Part shown: piece after piece, positions 26,169 through 39,777 of the stretch
Position numbering within the stretch: the stretch's first letter is position 1
Layout: the number at the start of each line of letters is the position of its first letter
Source of the DNA: Octopus vulgaris
Taxonomy: Eukaryota
Direction: 5' to 3'
NCBI GenBank assembly: GCA_951406725.2
Contig: OX597827.1
Coordinates: forward strand, 44,454,001-44,518,000
Length of the DNA stretch: 64,000 bases
The notes under the pieces: model-generated
Database searches by the model: none
Told to the model about the DNA's origin: nothing
What the model saw: the letters and a program-made list of their open reading frames with translations, nothing else
Position numbers and translations under genes: made by a program

Positions 26169-28939
26169 TTAAACTAGGTATGATACTTTATTTTAAACAC
26201 ATTTTTACAGAAATCTTGGTCTAGATTAGAATAAGAGCAAAACTATGTTAACAGTAAGCAGAAACATGAAATAATGTGTTAAGATCCAATATGATGATAT
26301 TATAAAAGTCTTCATCATCTTTAGTAATTTCCATAAGAATTTTAATATGGGAGGCACTAGTCCGTGCAAATATCTAAAAAGAGGTACATACTGAATGGGA
26401 TGGTACAATATAATAATAATTAATAAAACTACAGTGCAAAACTAGCTTCTATTTCATTAAGAACAATATTCTCTCTCTCTCTTCAAAATATAGAGAGGGA
26501 GCACTGAACTCCAAAAGGTTTGAGAATCAGAAGCCTACATGATAAGTACGTAACAACAGAGATGAAAAGAGTTAAACAACTAATGACCACATAAAACAAA
26601 ACAGGTGAAATTAAATATTTTTCATGCTGGGGCAGATTGCTTCTGCAAACAGAACTCGCCACACACACAAATTAGTAAGTTACCAGTTCTATTCGATTCA
26701 TTCAAAAAACTCTTCACTTCCTCTTCCAATGAAATCAATACAAATGATAACCACCTGATGGCAACTTCTACAAAAGGTGTCTTCATGTATTGAGATAAAC
26801 ATCATTTAAATACAATAAAAAGAAAGGTCAAGTTGGCAAATTCAACTGAGCCAACAATAGAACTGTCAACAGGTAGTATTTCTTTATCAGTGATATAATA
26901 TTAGCACACCCCAATACTCTTAATTCATAAATGACTGAGCACAACTAAATGCAAATCCAAAGTAATTTGAATGTTTACAGGTTAATACAGGCCAACAAAA
27001 AATTTCCTGCATAGCTACTTAACCAGCAACCAAACCTTTCTCACAGCATACTCTTCTGCCTTAGCAAACAACATACTGGATACCGTTGCTTAAAACCAGA
27101 CAACTCTTACATAGGGCTGCTGGATTTTGAATTAAACTACACCACCAACAGCATGCAGTGGTAATTATTTAACAAAGATTACAAAAATGACAAAAAGAAA
27201 TGCTAACAAATACTCTCTCACAATATATACATATATATATATATATATATAATAAAAGTTTGCTATAAAATTTTATGGAGGGACAGATGTTGGCAGGATG
27301 GTAGGGGGCAGGCCAAAACAAAACATGATTTCTTTGTTCTCCAGGTTTTCCACATTTTTCCCATAGTCAACCCTTATGAGGTAGAGCAACCAGTTGAATA
27401 CATATTTTATGGCTTTTAAATATTAGACAAATCTTCTTCACTGTAACGCCTCTCGGCTGTATTTTTATTGAGTTTGCTTTTATTTATTTTTTGGTCTTTA
27501 GAAATGAGTGAATAATGAAGCCATTACACAATTTCTAGACTAGCTAGAAATAACAGTCCAATTTCCTATATATACCTTCTCAAAGAAAGTTACATATAAA
27601 TAATTGTAGCCATAGATGAAATGAACTATGCTTGAAAGAGAGGAAAAAAGACAAGATGGCTACAACCAATAACAACTGTTAAAAGTGGTTCCCAACTTGT
27701 AGGTCATAATACAAATCTGAAAGTGTCATGAAGATAAAATCTTTCACCCATCCAGTCATTAATGGCTATTCCATCCTGAACCTGCTACAGGGATCTGGGA
27801 CATGCATCCTTTGTGCTTCCACCCCATCAACCTCAGGTAGACACTGCAATATATTTTTGGACAGGGCTTTTCTGTCTGAGACCTAAATGCACCCCTTGTT
27901 AACCTGCACACCAGACAATACTATATAGTTGTTCCATATTGAAGTTTTTTATGGCCTTGTTTGCACCAAGTGCCAAGCATGCATTGTACTTGATCCACAA
28001 GTATATATTTTATACACTGGGTAGTCTGAGAAGAAATGCATGTGATATGAAGGCTTTTAACAAACTATTTCTAACAAAATATGGAGAATATTTTTTTTTT
28101 AAAATGCATTTAAAATTTTAACGGTGTCCAGTAGGAATAATATTTTTTAAATATTGCAGAGGATTATTGATTTCTTAAAAATAGGTTGCTTTGTTACAGT
28201 GGTTAATCTAAAAAAAACGTGAATATGGGATTATTGTGGTAGATCAAAGTTCGCTAAACAACAGCATGCCGCTCCCTTAAAAAAATATACAAGATAATTA
28301 TCACTTGACTACGACATAAGAATACAACTGTTTGATGTTTTTATTATAAAAGGTAACTATCAACAAATTATCTATTACTATTATCAGTCTCCTACCCATA
28401 AGATAACTTGCCATGGTTACTGATTGATTTTAAATGTGTTTGTGTTGAGGAAGGGGGAACTCTGGGCAGATAGAACAAAAGAAACAGCCTTGTCAACAGC
28501 TGGAAATTGGTTTTGCTTTTTCTTCTATTTTATTTATTTATTTCTGAATTTTTCACCTTGGAACAAACAAACCAACAGAAATTGTAGCTATCATACTTTA
28601 ATAAAATAGAAGAATCCAATTATATTTTCAGTCAAAGCATTCACAAATGATAATAAACAAATAAGCCTACTTATTTGATGTTTTCTGTACCAAATTTTAG
28701 ATAGACCTCAATACTCCAACAGTAAGCTTTATATAATCCATCATGCAAATTGATTCCAAAAACCATTTTGATTTATTAGATAGTAATTATTAAATTTGTA
28801 ATGGTAGTGGTGATGGTAAGAGCAATAGACTGTGAGGGAGGGAGTTCATACTTATTCTTGTTTAAGGATATTAGCAACAAAAGGAAAACTAAAAGACTAC
28901 AACAAGTAGCAGAAACGACTAGCTAAGAGCTCACCACTT

Positions 28940-29300
28940 TCTGTTTAATGGTTCCTCAGACCCTAGTCATTTAGACTGTGGCCATGTTGGGGCACTACCT
29001 TGAAGAATTTTAATTAAATGAACTGGCCCCAGTACTTATAGTTTTTTAAAACTGGGTACTTAAACTACTGCTCTTTTGTCACACCAAAACCAGTTGTCAA
29101 GTGGTGAAGGGGATGAACACAGACATGCATGTGTGTATACACACACAAACAAGCTTCTTTCAGTCTTATCTACAAAATCCATTCACAAGACTGGTTGGAG
29201 CAAGGCAACAGTAGAAGACACTTGTTCAAGGTGCTGCACAGTAGGACTGAAACCAGGCCCATGTGGTTAGGAAGCAAACATCTTACTACTCAGCTACACT
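28940..29300 (-). mobile_element. SINE family A, degenerate
   Basis: gactgtggccatgttggggcac...agtagaagacacttg...ggaagcaaacatcttac. Confidence 0.8.
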
Positions 29301-30099
29301 TTTCCCTTGACTATAAAAGTGTGATTAACTCTTTTTTTTTTTTTTTCTTCTTCATATTTTCTTGAAATCTTTGTAACAAATGGCATCAATAAACATAAGC
29401 AAGATTATTTGCTCTTAAATATGTTTCATAAACTGGTATTGAAGTCATCAAATGGGTGTGTGAAACAAGAATATTATATCACATGCAAATGAATACAAAG
29501 AAAGCCTATTGTAAGGATTTTTTTTTCTTATTTCTTGTCTCTATGACAAAACAATATCAACTTGGTGGTTTTCCTGAGGATAAAACTAAAAGACTTGAAC
29601 TCTTAACTTCTGAGGTCAGAAAATAGAAACAGCAACTACTTAATTTTACATGTTCAAAGGAAGTGAGCAGGAGTGATAATAAATGTTTACTGTTATTTAG
29701 TAAGTGTTGTTGTTGTTGTTGTTAAGTGGTGGAAACAGTAGTGTTCCACTAAGTATATGTCTTGTAGTACCACACTGCAACTTTTAAAGTATTTTTAAGT
29801 ACAAACTCTGCTAAGTTTAACTTTGCTTTCTCAACCTTCTGAGTTTGGTTTAAGAAACACAAAAAGAAAAAATGAAAAACTCAACAGTATTAGCACCAAA
29901 CAGTGATTAGGCATACACAAACTTTGGGCTAGTTAAAAAATGTTTGTAACATATTTTAACTTCTAAAAGGTAAATTCATTGCAGTTATCCTGAAGAAAAA
30001 TTTCTTTTATATGATAAAAGGTGTGGAAAAAAACACCATGCCTGGCTGGTGCTTCCCTCTACTGGATACCCAGACACCCATTTCTTGCTTTTTAGCTTT

Positions 30100-30262
30100 C
30101 ATCATCATCGTTTCATGTCCATTTTCCATGCTGGCATGGGTAGGATGGTTTGACTGAGGTCTGGAAAGCCAGTGACTGTACTAGGCTCCAATCTGATCTG
30201 GCAATGTTTCACAGCTGGATGCCCTTCCTAACACCAACCACTCCAAGAGTGTAGTGGGTGCT
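30100..30262 (-). mobile_element. RTE-type 3' tail fragment ending in (GAT)n
   Basis: tccattttccatgctggcatggg...ggatgcccttcctaacaccaacc; same tail near 310 (+), 6675 (-), 32215 (+), 32412 (-), 45585 (-), 48640 (-), 49360 (+) and at the end of the RTE at 55900. Confidence 0.85.
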
Positions 30263-30602
30263 TCCCCACTCCCACCTCAATGGAAAATACTGAAGAGAGA
30301 TAACTCGGGGCGGATTCCTAGATGTAGCTTATTTCTAAAAACAATCAACATCAGTGACTAAAAACAACAGCATCAATGCCAAGCAGTGATGAAGCAGAAA
30401 CAAACCTTAGTTTGTGACATATTTCAACTTTGGCAAAATCACTGCAGTTACAGTGGAATAAAAAATTCTCTTATGGTAAAAGGTGTTAACATATCTGGGT
30501 CATGTCAATTATCTAGAAATTTCTCATACAAAATGCCCAACCTTTTAACTTTCTTAGCAATCACATCATTATTACTAATCATTATCATCATTAACTTATT
30601 AT

Positions 30603-31320
30603 TAAGGCAGCAAGCTTGTAGAATCATTACCACATTGGAGAAAATGCTGATCACTATATCTTCTGGTTATTCATATTCTGAATTCAAATGCCGTCAAAGC
30701 TGAATTAACCTTTCATCTTTTCAGGATCGATACAATAAGTACCAATTGAGCAACAAGGTGTTATCAACTTACCCCTCCCCCAACAAAATTTCAGGCCTTG
30801 TGCCCTATACTCGAAAAGGTTATTATCATCAACTTTAGAGTGGCAAGCTGGTTTCTTCCATTCAGAATATTAATTCTGCTGGGGTCCACTTTGCCTTTCA
30901 TCTCTCTAGGTTTAATAAAATGAAGTATCAGTGGAGTACACGGTGGTGGTGGGGTCGATAGTATCAGCTAAGTCCTTCAATCTTAAATTGATGGCCTTTT
31001 ACCAAAATTTAAAACCATGAAGGTCAATAAAATAAATATAAGTTGAACACTAGAGTCAATCTAATTGACTTACACCCTCCCCTGAAATTGCTGGCCTTGT
31101 GCCAAAATTTGAAACCATTATTATTGTCATTGGCATTGACCTGGTGGAATCCTTAGTAGCATTCACTTTACGTTCTGAGTTCAAATTCAGATGAGGTCAA
31201 TTTTGCCTTTCATCCCTTCAGGGTTGATAATATAAATACCAGTCTAGCACAGGGGCAGGGGTGGTCGATGAAATCAACTATATCCCTCTCCCAAAATTTC
31301 AAGCTAATAGAAAGGACATC
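30603..31320 (+). mobile_element. Cluster of about 4 SINE family B copies or fragments
   Basis: ttgcctttcatc...gataa..taagtaccag...ggccttgtgcc repeated. Confidence 0.85.
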
Positions 31321-33334
31321 ATCATCATCATCATCATTTAGATTTGTGCATCTTTTTTTTTTTGTTAAGTTTATTGATTTTTGTTCTATCCATCACACTA
31401 GAAATGGTCAATTAGTTCTTAGTAGCCAAGTTGCTTAGCTGCTATTTCTAGCAAGTCAAGGGATCATGCATGAAGCTTCTGCACTGGTCCTTTACACAAC
31501 TCCACTCCCTGTCTGTTGTCAATAGTTGTCTTATTTTACCTTATAACACCCTATAGTAAGATTAAGTGCCTAATGTCATGTGCCAATGACTCACTGGGTT
31601 TTAATCTATATTACTTATTGTATGAGAGAGAGAGAGTGAAAGACAGTGAGTGTGAGAGTGTGTGTGTGTGAGAGAGAGAGAGATCAGCATTTTTATTTTT
31701 CAAACTTTGAAGGTAAAATATGACCACTTCTACACCTAGATTCTACCTCATGTAGCATCTTTGGATTTTTAATTCTGCTGCATGAACAAGTCTCTTATCA
31801 TCATCTAGTGTGTATCCTCCCATCCATCCCAAGATATGTACATAACTGGATTTGCATTACAGATTGTAATTCCTAAACAAAGCATAATAATACTATTCCT
31901 GGCACTACTGAAAAGAGATTCCTGTTTCAAATCCAGTCTAGTAATGGATATAGAACCCAGAATAAAACACCTAAAGGTAATCAAAGATCAAACTGAAACA
32001 TACTGTAGACATATATTTATATGAGAAATCTATCACCAAAGCATGATTTTCTGTGCAAAGCAGTAGGGGGTACTGATTTCAGGTTATACATTGCAAGCTG
32101 CTGTCCCTAAAGCATTCTTAGAACCTTTGTTCAATTGGCTTAGTATAATCAGCCACACACTAGAAGAAGGTATATTATCATGGCCACATGTAAATACCTG
32201 GAACCACTCTGAAAAGTGGCTGGTGATAGGAAGGGTGTCTATCTGCAGAAACAATAACAAACTGAAACTTACAAATGCCAGACTATGAAGGTAGTGGCTC
32301 TCCATAAAATTGAGTTAGACCATAATGACCCATCCAACCCACCTCGGTATGGAAAGTGAATGTAAAAATTATGCTAACGGTGAAAATGATGATGATAAGG
32401 TGTTTGCTTTATATCCACTTTCCATGCTGGCATGGGTTGGATGAAGACTTATTGAGATAGCATTTTAAGCCTGGATGCCCTTCCTGTCATCAGCCCTTAC
32501 CTATTTTTCAGGTACAGAACTACTATTGAATACAATGCTTACAGGGAATGTAAACAAGATATCTCTTTCTTTGTTGTGTAATCTAATATAAGCATGTAAA
32601 ATGTAAACATTAGCATGCACACACACACAATCATCATTTAGTGTCCACTTTTCTATATTTGTACAGGTCAGGTGGAATTTGTTATGGCAAATTTTCTAGA
32701 AAATTACCTTTAATTACTAACCCTCATCTGCTTGCAAGCAAGGTATAACACATGACCAGATATATTTTTCAAAGAATTCTGGAAACAAACAATATCGCTC
32801 ATATGACGATGATGATCGTCGGCAAACATTATATGACAAGTATATACATATACACAGTGGGCTTCTTTCAGTCTCCATCTATCAAAGCTACTCACAAGAT
32901 CCAGGGTCAACCCAGGGCCATAGAAGACACTTGCCCTAAGTGCTGTGTAGTAGAACTAAACCCAAAATCACATGGTTTGTGCCAGTTTCAAGACACAGCC
33001 ATGTCATGTAGTCCAGAAGTTTGCTTTGCAACCATTTATCTGATGCTACATTATCCAACATAGGAAATACAGCTATTATTTCAAGCAGGTTTAGCAATCA
33101 TATAGGTTCTCATGTTGACCTAACAGACTATTTTCCATGCTGATGAGACCCCTGGCATATTGCCTTAACATTTTGTTTTGTCTTTTCAGGAGAGGAAGAT
33201 GGTGTTATACCAGCAAATGCACAATCTTAACACATTTTTAATAAATTGTTTTGTTTTGTTTTGTTTTTTTTCAGTGGAACTCAAAGTAGGTAAAATTATA
33301 AATAATAGCACAGAGAACAATAGGTTAAAAAAAA

Positions 33335-33430
33335 ATTCTTGGTTGGAAAAAGGTGAAAGAAGTTCGACCATGGGATGCAAACCCACATCTTTTACAAAAT
33401 GTGACAGATGTGCTACCATTATATGCCATT
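33335..33430 (-). pseudogene. tRNA-like Pol III element or SINE head (related copy at ~58260-58342)
   Basis: Minus strand TGGCATATAATGG (A-box) ... GGGTTTGCATCC (B-box) ... TTTTT. Both copies share ggatgcaaacccacat. No valid cloverleaf. Confidence 0.55.
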
Positions 33431-34399
33431 ATATATAAGCAACACTTTAAATTCTTGCTATCCATTTTAGAAGCTCTGTTCTTACCAGTGAGAACTGGTT
33501 GTTTACAAAATAAGCACTTCAGAAATGTCAAGAAATATGAAATAGCATTTTTTAACCCAATATTTTACATGCTGTTTATTTATAGCTTTTATCATCTATG
33601 AGTTCCCCACTGAAAAAAAAGAAAAGAAAGAGATTATTTTTTTCATATCTTTCAAAGCTTCTAATATTCTTATGATAAATATTTCTCTGTTGCCATTTAT
33701 CAAGTAGATCTGTATTTATTTGACTATCAAAGCATATCAAGGGCTGTTTTTATTAAAAAATCAGATTATTCTTTTCACATCATTTATTACTCATTTCCAA
33801 TTGTAAATAAGGTTTTGTTGCATCAGGTCCTTTTTTCTTTTCTTTTTCCTTATTGTAACATGTCTCTTATTGTTTTAAAACACTGTTCCACAATGTTCAC
33901 CTCACTCTGATACAAATATATAACCTTGACTAAAATTATGCTTACCACACTGTGGTTTCACCATCTTGTATTATATGTATTATACATACTTCAACTACTT
34001 TGCTTCTATAATAAAAGAAGCTTATAATACCTGCACTGTTCATCTAAGTAGCTTCATATTCTACAACGTGAAGTGAGCTATAAATTGGCACATAAATATC
34101 TGGTAAAACTACTGCTTACATGTATATTTCTTTTTATTTTGACAGCAAATTACTTGAATTAATAGAAATATTGATTTCTTAGAATTAGGCACAACATCAA
34201 CTTTAGTAGGTACAGTATGGTCAATTTAAGCATTACTAGTACATTACATAGAAAAAAAGTAAACAGAGATAAACTAAATAGATTAGTGCTAGTTAAGTAA
34301 GTGTTAGTATAGTTACTGAAAAGAACATTAAAAACCTAACAGGGAAATAATTATGAGGTGAGGAATAAACAATATTAGTCAATGACTAATATCAAAAGA

Positions 34400-34612
34400 G
34401 TGTGACATGGTAGAATCATTAGCACATCAGGCAAAATGCTTAGAGGTATTTTCTCCATCTACGTCCTGAGTTCAAATTCCACTGAGGTCGACTTTGCCTG
34501 TCATCATTTTGGGAATGATAAAATAAGTACCAGTTGAGCACTGGGGTTGATGTAATCAACTTCCCCCACTTGCCCAAACTTACTGGCCTTGTGCCAAAAT
34601 TTGAAACCAATA
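34400..34612 (+). mobile_element. SINE family B, full length
   Basis: ctgagttcaaattccactgaggtcgactttgcc...aagtaccagttgagcactgggg. Confidence 0.9.
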
Positions 34613-35780
34613 TTAATTTTGTTAAGTACAGGAGGTATCTCTGGATATATTCTGTCTTATTTTAGCCTCATCAAGCTTCTAAGACATTTAGTCTATTATA
34701 TTCCAATTATTCTCATCTTCTGAAATAATTGTACTTATCAAAAACCATTTTGCAAAGTGAATTTCTTCCAATTATTTTCAGAATACAGCACAGAATCATT
34801 CACAGACTTAAAACAAATTTTTTTTTAATTTTCTTAGTTGGTAAACAAATGTGTTACATAACAATAAGTGTAAAATAGTAACATTATAATTATTATACAA
34901 TATAATATAATTCTTATCTATAAACCACGGATGAGCATAGAAGGGCACTAGCTGCCAAAATACTGTACTATTGAGGGAGAAGAAAGCCAAACTGATGATA
35001 TACATGAAGTGGCTGAAAGATGGGTGTTACCAATGAGAGTGCACCATTTGAGTAAGTATTTCCAACCAGTGACAAGATGGTATCAAAAAGGTACAAACTG
35101 TGAAGCTCATCAACATATTAACAAGTCTGAGATAGCTAAAGGTTTGTTTTAGCTGTGTGTGAGAGAGGGAGAGGGGAGAGATCTTGGTAATCTTCCTTTA
35201 CTTATCAACAGCATGGACATGTGATCTGCTCTGGCCTGCTCTGGGTACATAACAAAGAAGTCATCAGTAAGGGCCCACCAAACAAGAGCGGAGCTCTACA
35301 TGGTCATTCAAGATGTTAGAAATAACAGCAAAATCTCCATCAAATCACACTATTGTCTTAAAACAATAAAACAATACATTGAGTGACATAATCCTAAATA
35401 CACAATGCTTTTCTCTATAAAAAACATTTGTAGGTCCCCACCACCAACTCATTTGGAGTGACAACAATCACAACCATTGCATTTTTTTCTCTACCTCTTA
35501 AACTGATGGTTGATGACTAAAGGTAAGTAATAGGTCAGGTTCCAATATCTAGCATTCAGTGAAAACTATTTTGAATGAAACATAAGACTGAAAAATCCAT
35601 TATGCCATCTGTGTGCAAAATAAAGAGAAGGAAAAGAAAATTGTGATAGACTACCAACACCCATTTAAAATCGTTTTCTCTTTTTTTTCTACCAACAAAT
35701 TCTATTCCTTCTGTTTCTTTGTAAATGCATAGATGTGTATGTGAGAGAGAGAGAGAGAGTGAGAGAGAGAGAGAGAGAGT

Positions 35781-35811
<31 letters not shown>

Positions 35812-36265
35812 AGCTAGGGCAGATGCTTTGAGGTGGTATTTTACAGTAAGCAAGATGCCCATCCTCTTGCATCTGTATTAATATTACAAATCTATGTGTA
35901 CAGATAGATATATTTAGAAATCTAAACAGCTATGTGATGTCTGCATGGTTTGAACAATAATTACAATATACTGATGAATGAAGAAACAAAAAAGCAAAAA
36001 CAAACAAAAACAAAAAAATCTCAACAATTCAGGTTGCCAAGTTCAGCAACAAGGAGAATAAAATTACTTGTAAAATTGTGTGCATGTGTGTGCGTGTGTG
36101 TATGTAACATTGGGGAGTGAGAAACTCCGAGTAGCAACTCACAGATTCAGTTTTGATTAATAACTCCACCCTAGTTGAGTATCTTTTTTCTTATTTTTCT
36201 GCTTAATTGCAATTCACACCCTGTGTGTGAAACCACATACATCACACACATATATATATATATAC

Positions 36266-36296
<31 letters not shown>

Positions 36297-37269
36297 GAAT
36301 ATAAATACATAAATATACATATACACACATACAATAGATCATATGTTACAAGTGGAGAGAGAAGTGAAAAGAGAAGGTCAAAAGAGAGAGGGATACTGAG
36401 ATCAAAAACTTCTATGGCAGTTTAGTAAACTTGTCAAGCCATAACAATGTCAAATAACTTGTCTATATAAAAAGGCAATTTGAAAAATAATGGGAAGTAA
36501 AACAAAAATAAAAATTCCCATTGTTAACAGTGGAGCTTGATTATTATAAATATTAACCTACTTCTTATCAAGGCCATGTTGAATATTTTCTGCAGCTTGG
36601 TTCAAATGTTATACAAATGCCTAAATGGCAAACCACTGAAAACACACACATACACAAACACACACAACACACACGTAAACACACTAATGGGGATAGGTTA
36701 GTAGTGTTCTTTTGAAAATGTTTCAAGCAAGTCTGTGATGTGGCAGATGCTTTAGAAGGGAATGTATCACTGCTTGTTCTCATAGTTGGAAATATTGAAA
36801 GGAAGAACAATAGGGCCCTACACCTAACAAATGTCTAGGCTACAGGGAATGCATGTGTGGGAGCTTATTGTCTAAAAGGAGGAGAAAAAAAAAGAGAATG
36901 TTAAGAATGGTTAAAAAAATAAGTGCAAAAATTTTTTTTTTTTTTTTTGTGGTACCAAACTGAAATCTCCAGAGGGATGAAATATAATTCAACAAGGTGA
37001 TTAAAATTCTGAGCATTCAAACAAAACAAACAATGCAACTAAATACTTCAAAGGCATTCTCTCTATCAACAGTACAGAGTATGCTGTTGAACACCCTAAT
37101 AAAAGAAAATTAACTCATTGGTCAGATCACATTCACATCCATAGGCTTTATCAGTTAGGTCAACCTAACAATTGTTAAGAATGACTTTTAACTCCAACTA
37201 GTTGGACTAAATTTTAAAATTCAAAGATAAGGAGGCATAATCAATCACAAATAAAATGAAACTCTGCTC

Positions 37270-37454
37270 TCTTTACTCTTTTACTTGTTTCAGTCATTTT
37301 GACTGCGGCCATGCTGGAGCACCGCCTTTAGTCGAGCAAATCGACTCCGGGACTTATTCTTTGTAAGCCCAGTACTTATTCTACTGGTCACTTTTGCCGA
37401 ACCGCTAAGTGACGGGAACGTAAACACACCAGCATCGGTTGTCAAGCAACACAG

Positions 37455-37494
<40 letters not shown>

Positions 37495-37652
37495 CAGGCT
37501 TCTTTCAGTTTCTGTCTACCAAATCCACTCACAAGGCATTGGTCGGCCCGGGGCTATAGCAGAAGACACTTGCCCAAGATGCTACGCAGTGGGACTGAAC
37601 CCGGAACCATGTGGTTGGTTAGCAAGCTACTTACCACACAGCCATCCCTGCT
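37270..37652 (-). mobile_element. SINE family A, young copy
   Basis: Complete, and retains many CpGs (gactgcggcc, gtcgagcaaatcgac, ggtcggcccgggg). Confidence 0.92.
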
Positions 37653-38144
37653 GATGATGTTTTTGCTATTGGGAAGGCCCAGTCAACACCCATATTTTGT
37701 GCTTATTCCAAACAGCTCGATGCACTAAGGAACATACAGTTCTAAAGTGTACTACTGCCTGAAATACACAGTGAAAACCCTGCACTGGGTTTGAGCTGAA
37801 GACCATGTGAGCAGATAAACCAAGAAATAAATACACACACACACGTGTGCATGCATCTATATATATTCAGCCAACCAACAATTCCTACCCATAGCCATTC
37901 TTATCATTACAGTAAAACAAGGAATTCAAATTAATATTCATGTGCAGAAATAGGTGGCATTTAGTCCATTAATGAGAAAGAGAATTACAATTTAAGCTTT
38001 GAATTAACTGTGCTGCTGCCACTACTACTATTACTACTACTACTACTACTACTATTACTACTACTAATACTACAGTAATTCTCTAAGCAGAACAGTTTCA
38101 TTGATATTTCAATGATAATAAAAACAACAGGCATGGTAGTTTAA

Positions 38145-38345
38145 CCCCTTTGATACCAACTTGCCTGACATCACCCCTGGTTCTATGACATAAACTTAAA
38201 ATGATTTTAAAATCTTAGATGACAATTTTATGTTAATTTATATGTTCTGCTCACCAGCTTAATAAGGATTTAGTTATTTTACTAAATTCTTTATAACTTC
38301 AAAAAATTAATGAAAACCAATGCGGTGTATTCCAACAGAAAAGGG
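38145..38345. mobile_element. Family-2-related TTAA MITE
   Basis: TTAA|CCCCTTTGATACCAAC ... AAAAGGG|TTAA; internal agttattttactaaattcttt shared with the 11461 copy. Confidence 0.8.
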
Positions 38346-39738
38346 TTAAATAAGTATGTAGCCAGAAATTTTTTTTTATTTTACAAATATAATTCAAGCT
38401 CATTCGAGAGATGAAATAGTGACAGAAAGATAACGATGACAAAATAAACCCAACTACAATAAAGAACAAAAATCAATGAAACTAATTTCTTACTTATGCA
38501 CCAAATCACATATTTAGTGATGGAGAAATCAGAAAGTAGGCTAAATGCATCATAATATACTTGATCAATCATCATCATAATCATCATTTAATGCCTATTT
38601 TCCAAGCTGAAATGGATTGGATCAATACTTCTATTTCATCAACTTCAGAAAAGTATGGTCGACTTTGGTCCAATTTGAACTCAGAATGCAGAGACATAAT
38701 CCTAAACTGTTACGAGATATTCTGTTTAATGTTTCATCAATTCTGCCACTACCAGTCATGCGAGATTAGTTGTATCTTATGGTCTTTATTTGTTTTCAGT
38801 CATCCCATCTCCACCCCAACCAAGCGTCAACCACAAACACCATTATCATCATAACCACATATCCACAAATACTCTTACTTTTCTATGCTGGCAATCAAGT
38901 TAGATACAATTACAGAGCAATCAAGCTTCCCATATATGTCTTAATCCTTTGTCATCTTTCCTACTAAAATCTTCAATGTTTGCAAGTCTGACCTTGTTCC
39001 ACATGCACTTCCTACCAAGTCATTTTTGATCTAACTCTAATAATGGAGATATTCCACTACTAAAATCATTGCGGTTCCACACAAACACACTCATTCATAC
39101 AGCTTACATTCTCCAATTACAACGCAGTACAGTTATTTTGAAATCAGTAGACATTTTGCAGGGTTAATTTTCATCTATTGCGTACTTTGATGTTGCACTG
39201 ATAGACTTAAAAACACTGCATTTTAAATTGAGTCACAAGAATTTTCTAGATGAAATAGTAATGGTGAAAGATGCCAGCAGCTAGTGTATACAGAGACAGT
39301 TTTAAAAGCTATATACACACACAGGCAAACATACATATATTCTAACACACACAAATGCATACATACAAAACATTCCCTTTGTTCACCTACTTTCAATAGA
39401 ATCCACTATTACTTACATTCAACAACTTGAATAGAGCAGATTATTATTCTACAGCTATGAATTCCTTCATTCAGTCAAAAGGCATCTAAAGTCATCATTT
39501 ATTTCATATGCACCAGTTCTCTAGGCTAGACGTACTCTTTACTGGCAGAAAAACATAAAGAATTCTTTGTTCAGAATGGAGATTTTGTAAATGATTTATC
39601 AATTTCAGAGTGACCACCTAACCTAACTCTTTCTTTCAAGTGTCATTTTCTCCATCGGGGAAAATTTCCTCCTGTAAGGTTTTGGAATTGTTTTTTTACT
39701 GCCCCGTAGGTGCCAAACACCCAAAGCCAAATTACTAC

Positions 39739-39777
<39 letters not shown>

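Noticed and set aside
27730-28030. Possible minus-strand RTE/BovB-like C-terminal remnant
   Set aside because: Too degenerate to support by eye.
30285-30325. CTGAAGA-GAG-ATAA-CTC-GGGG, hammerhead-like with GAAA read as GGGG (a tempting A-to-I relic)
   Set aside because: No stem I or stem III can be formed, and it needs three substitutions; likely chance.
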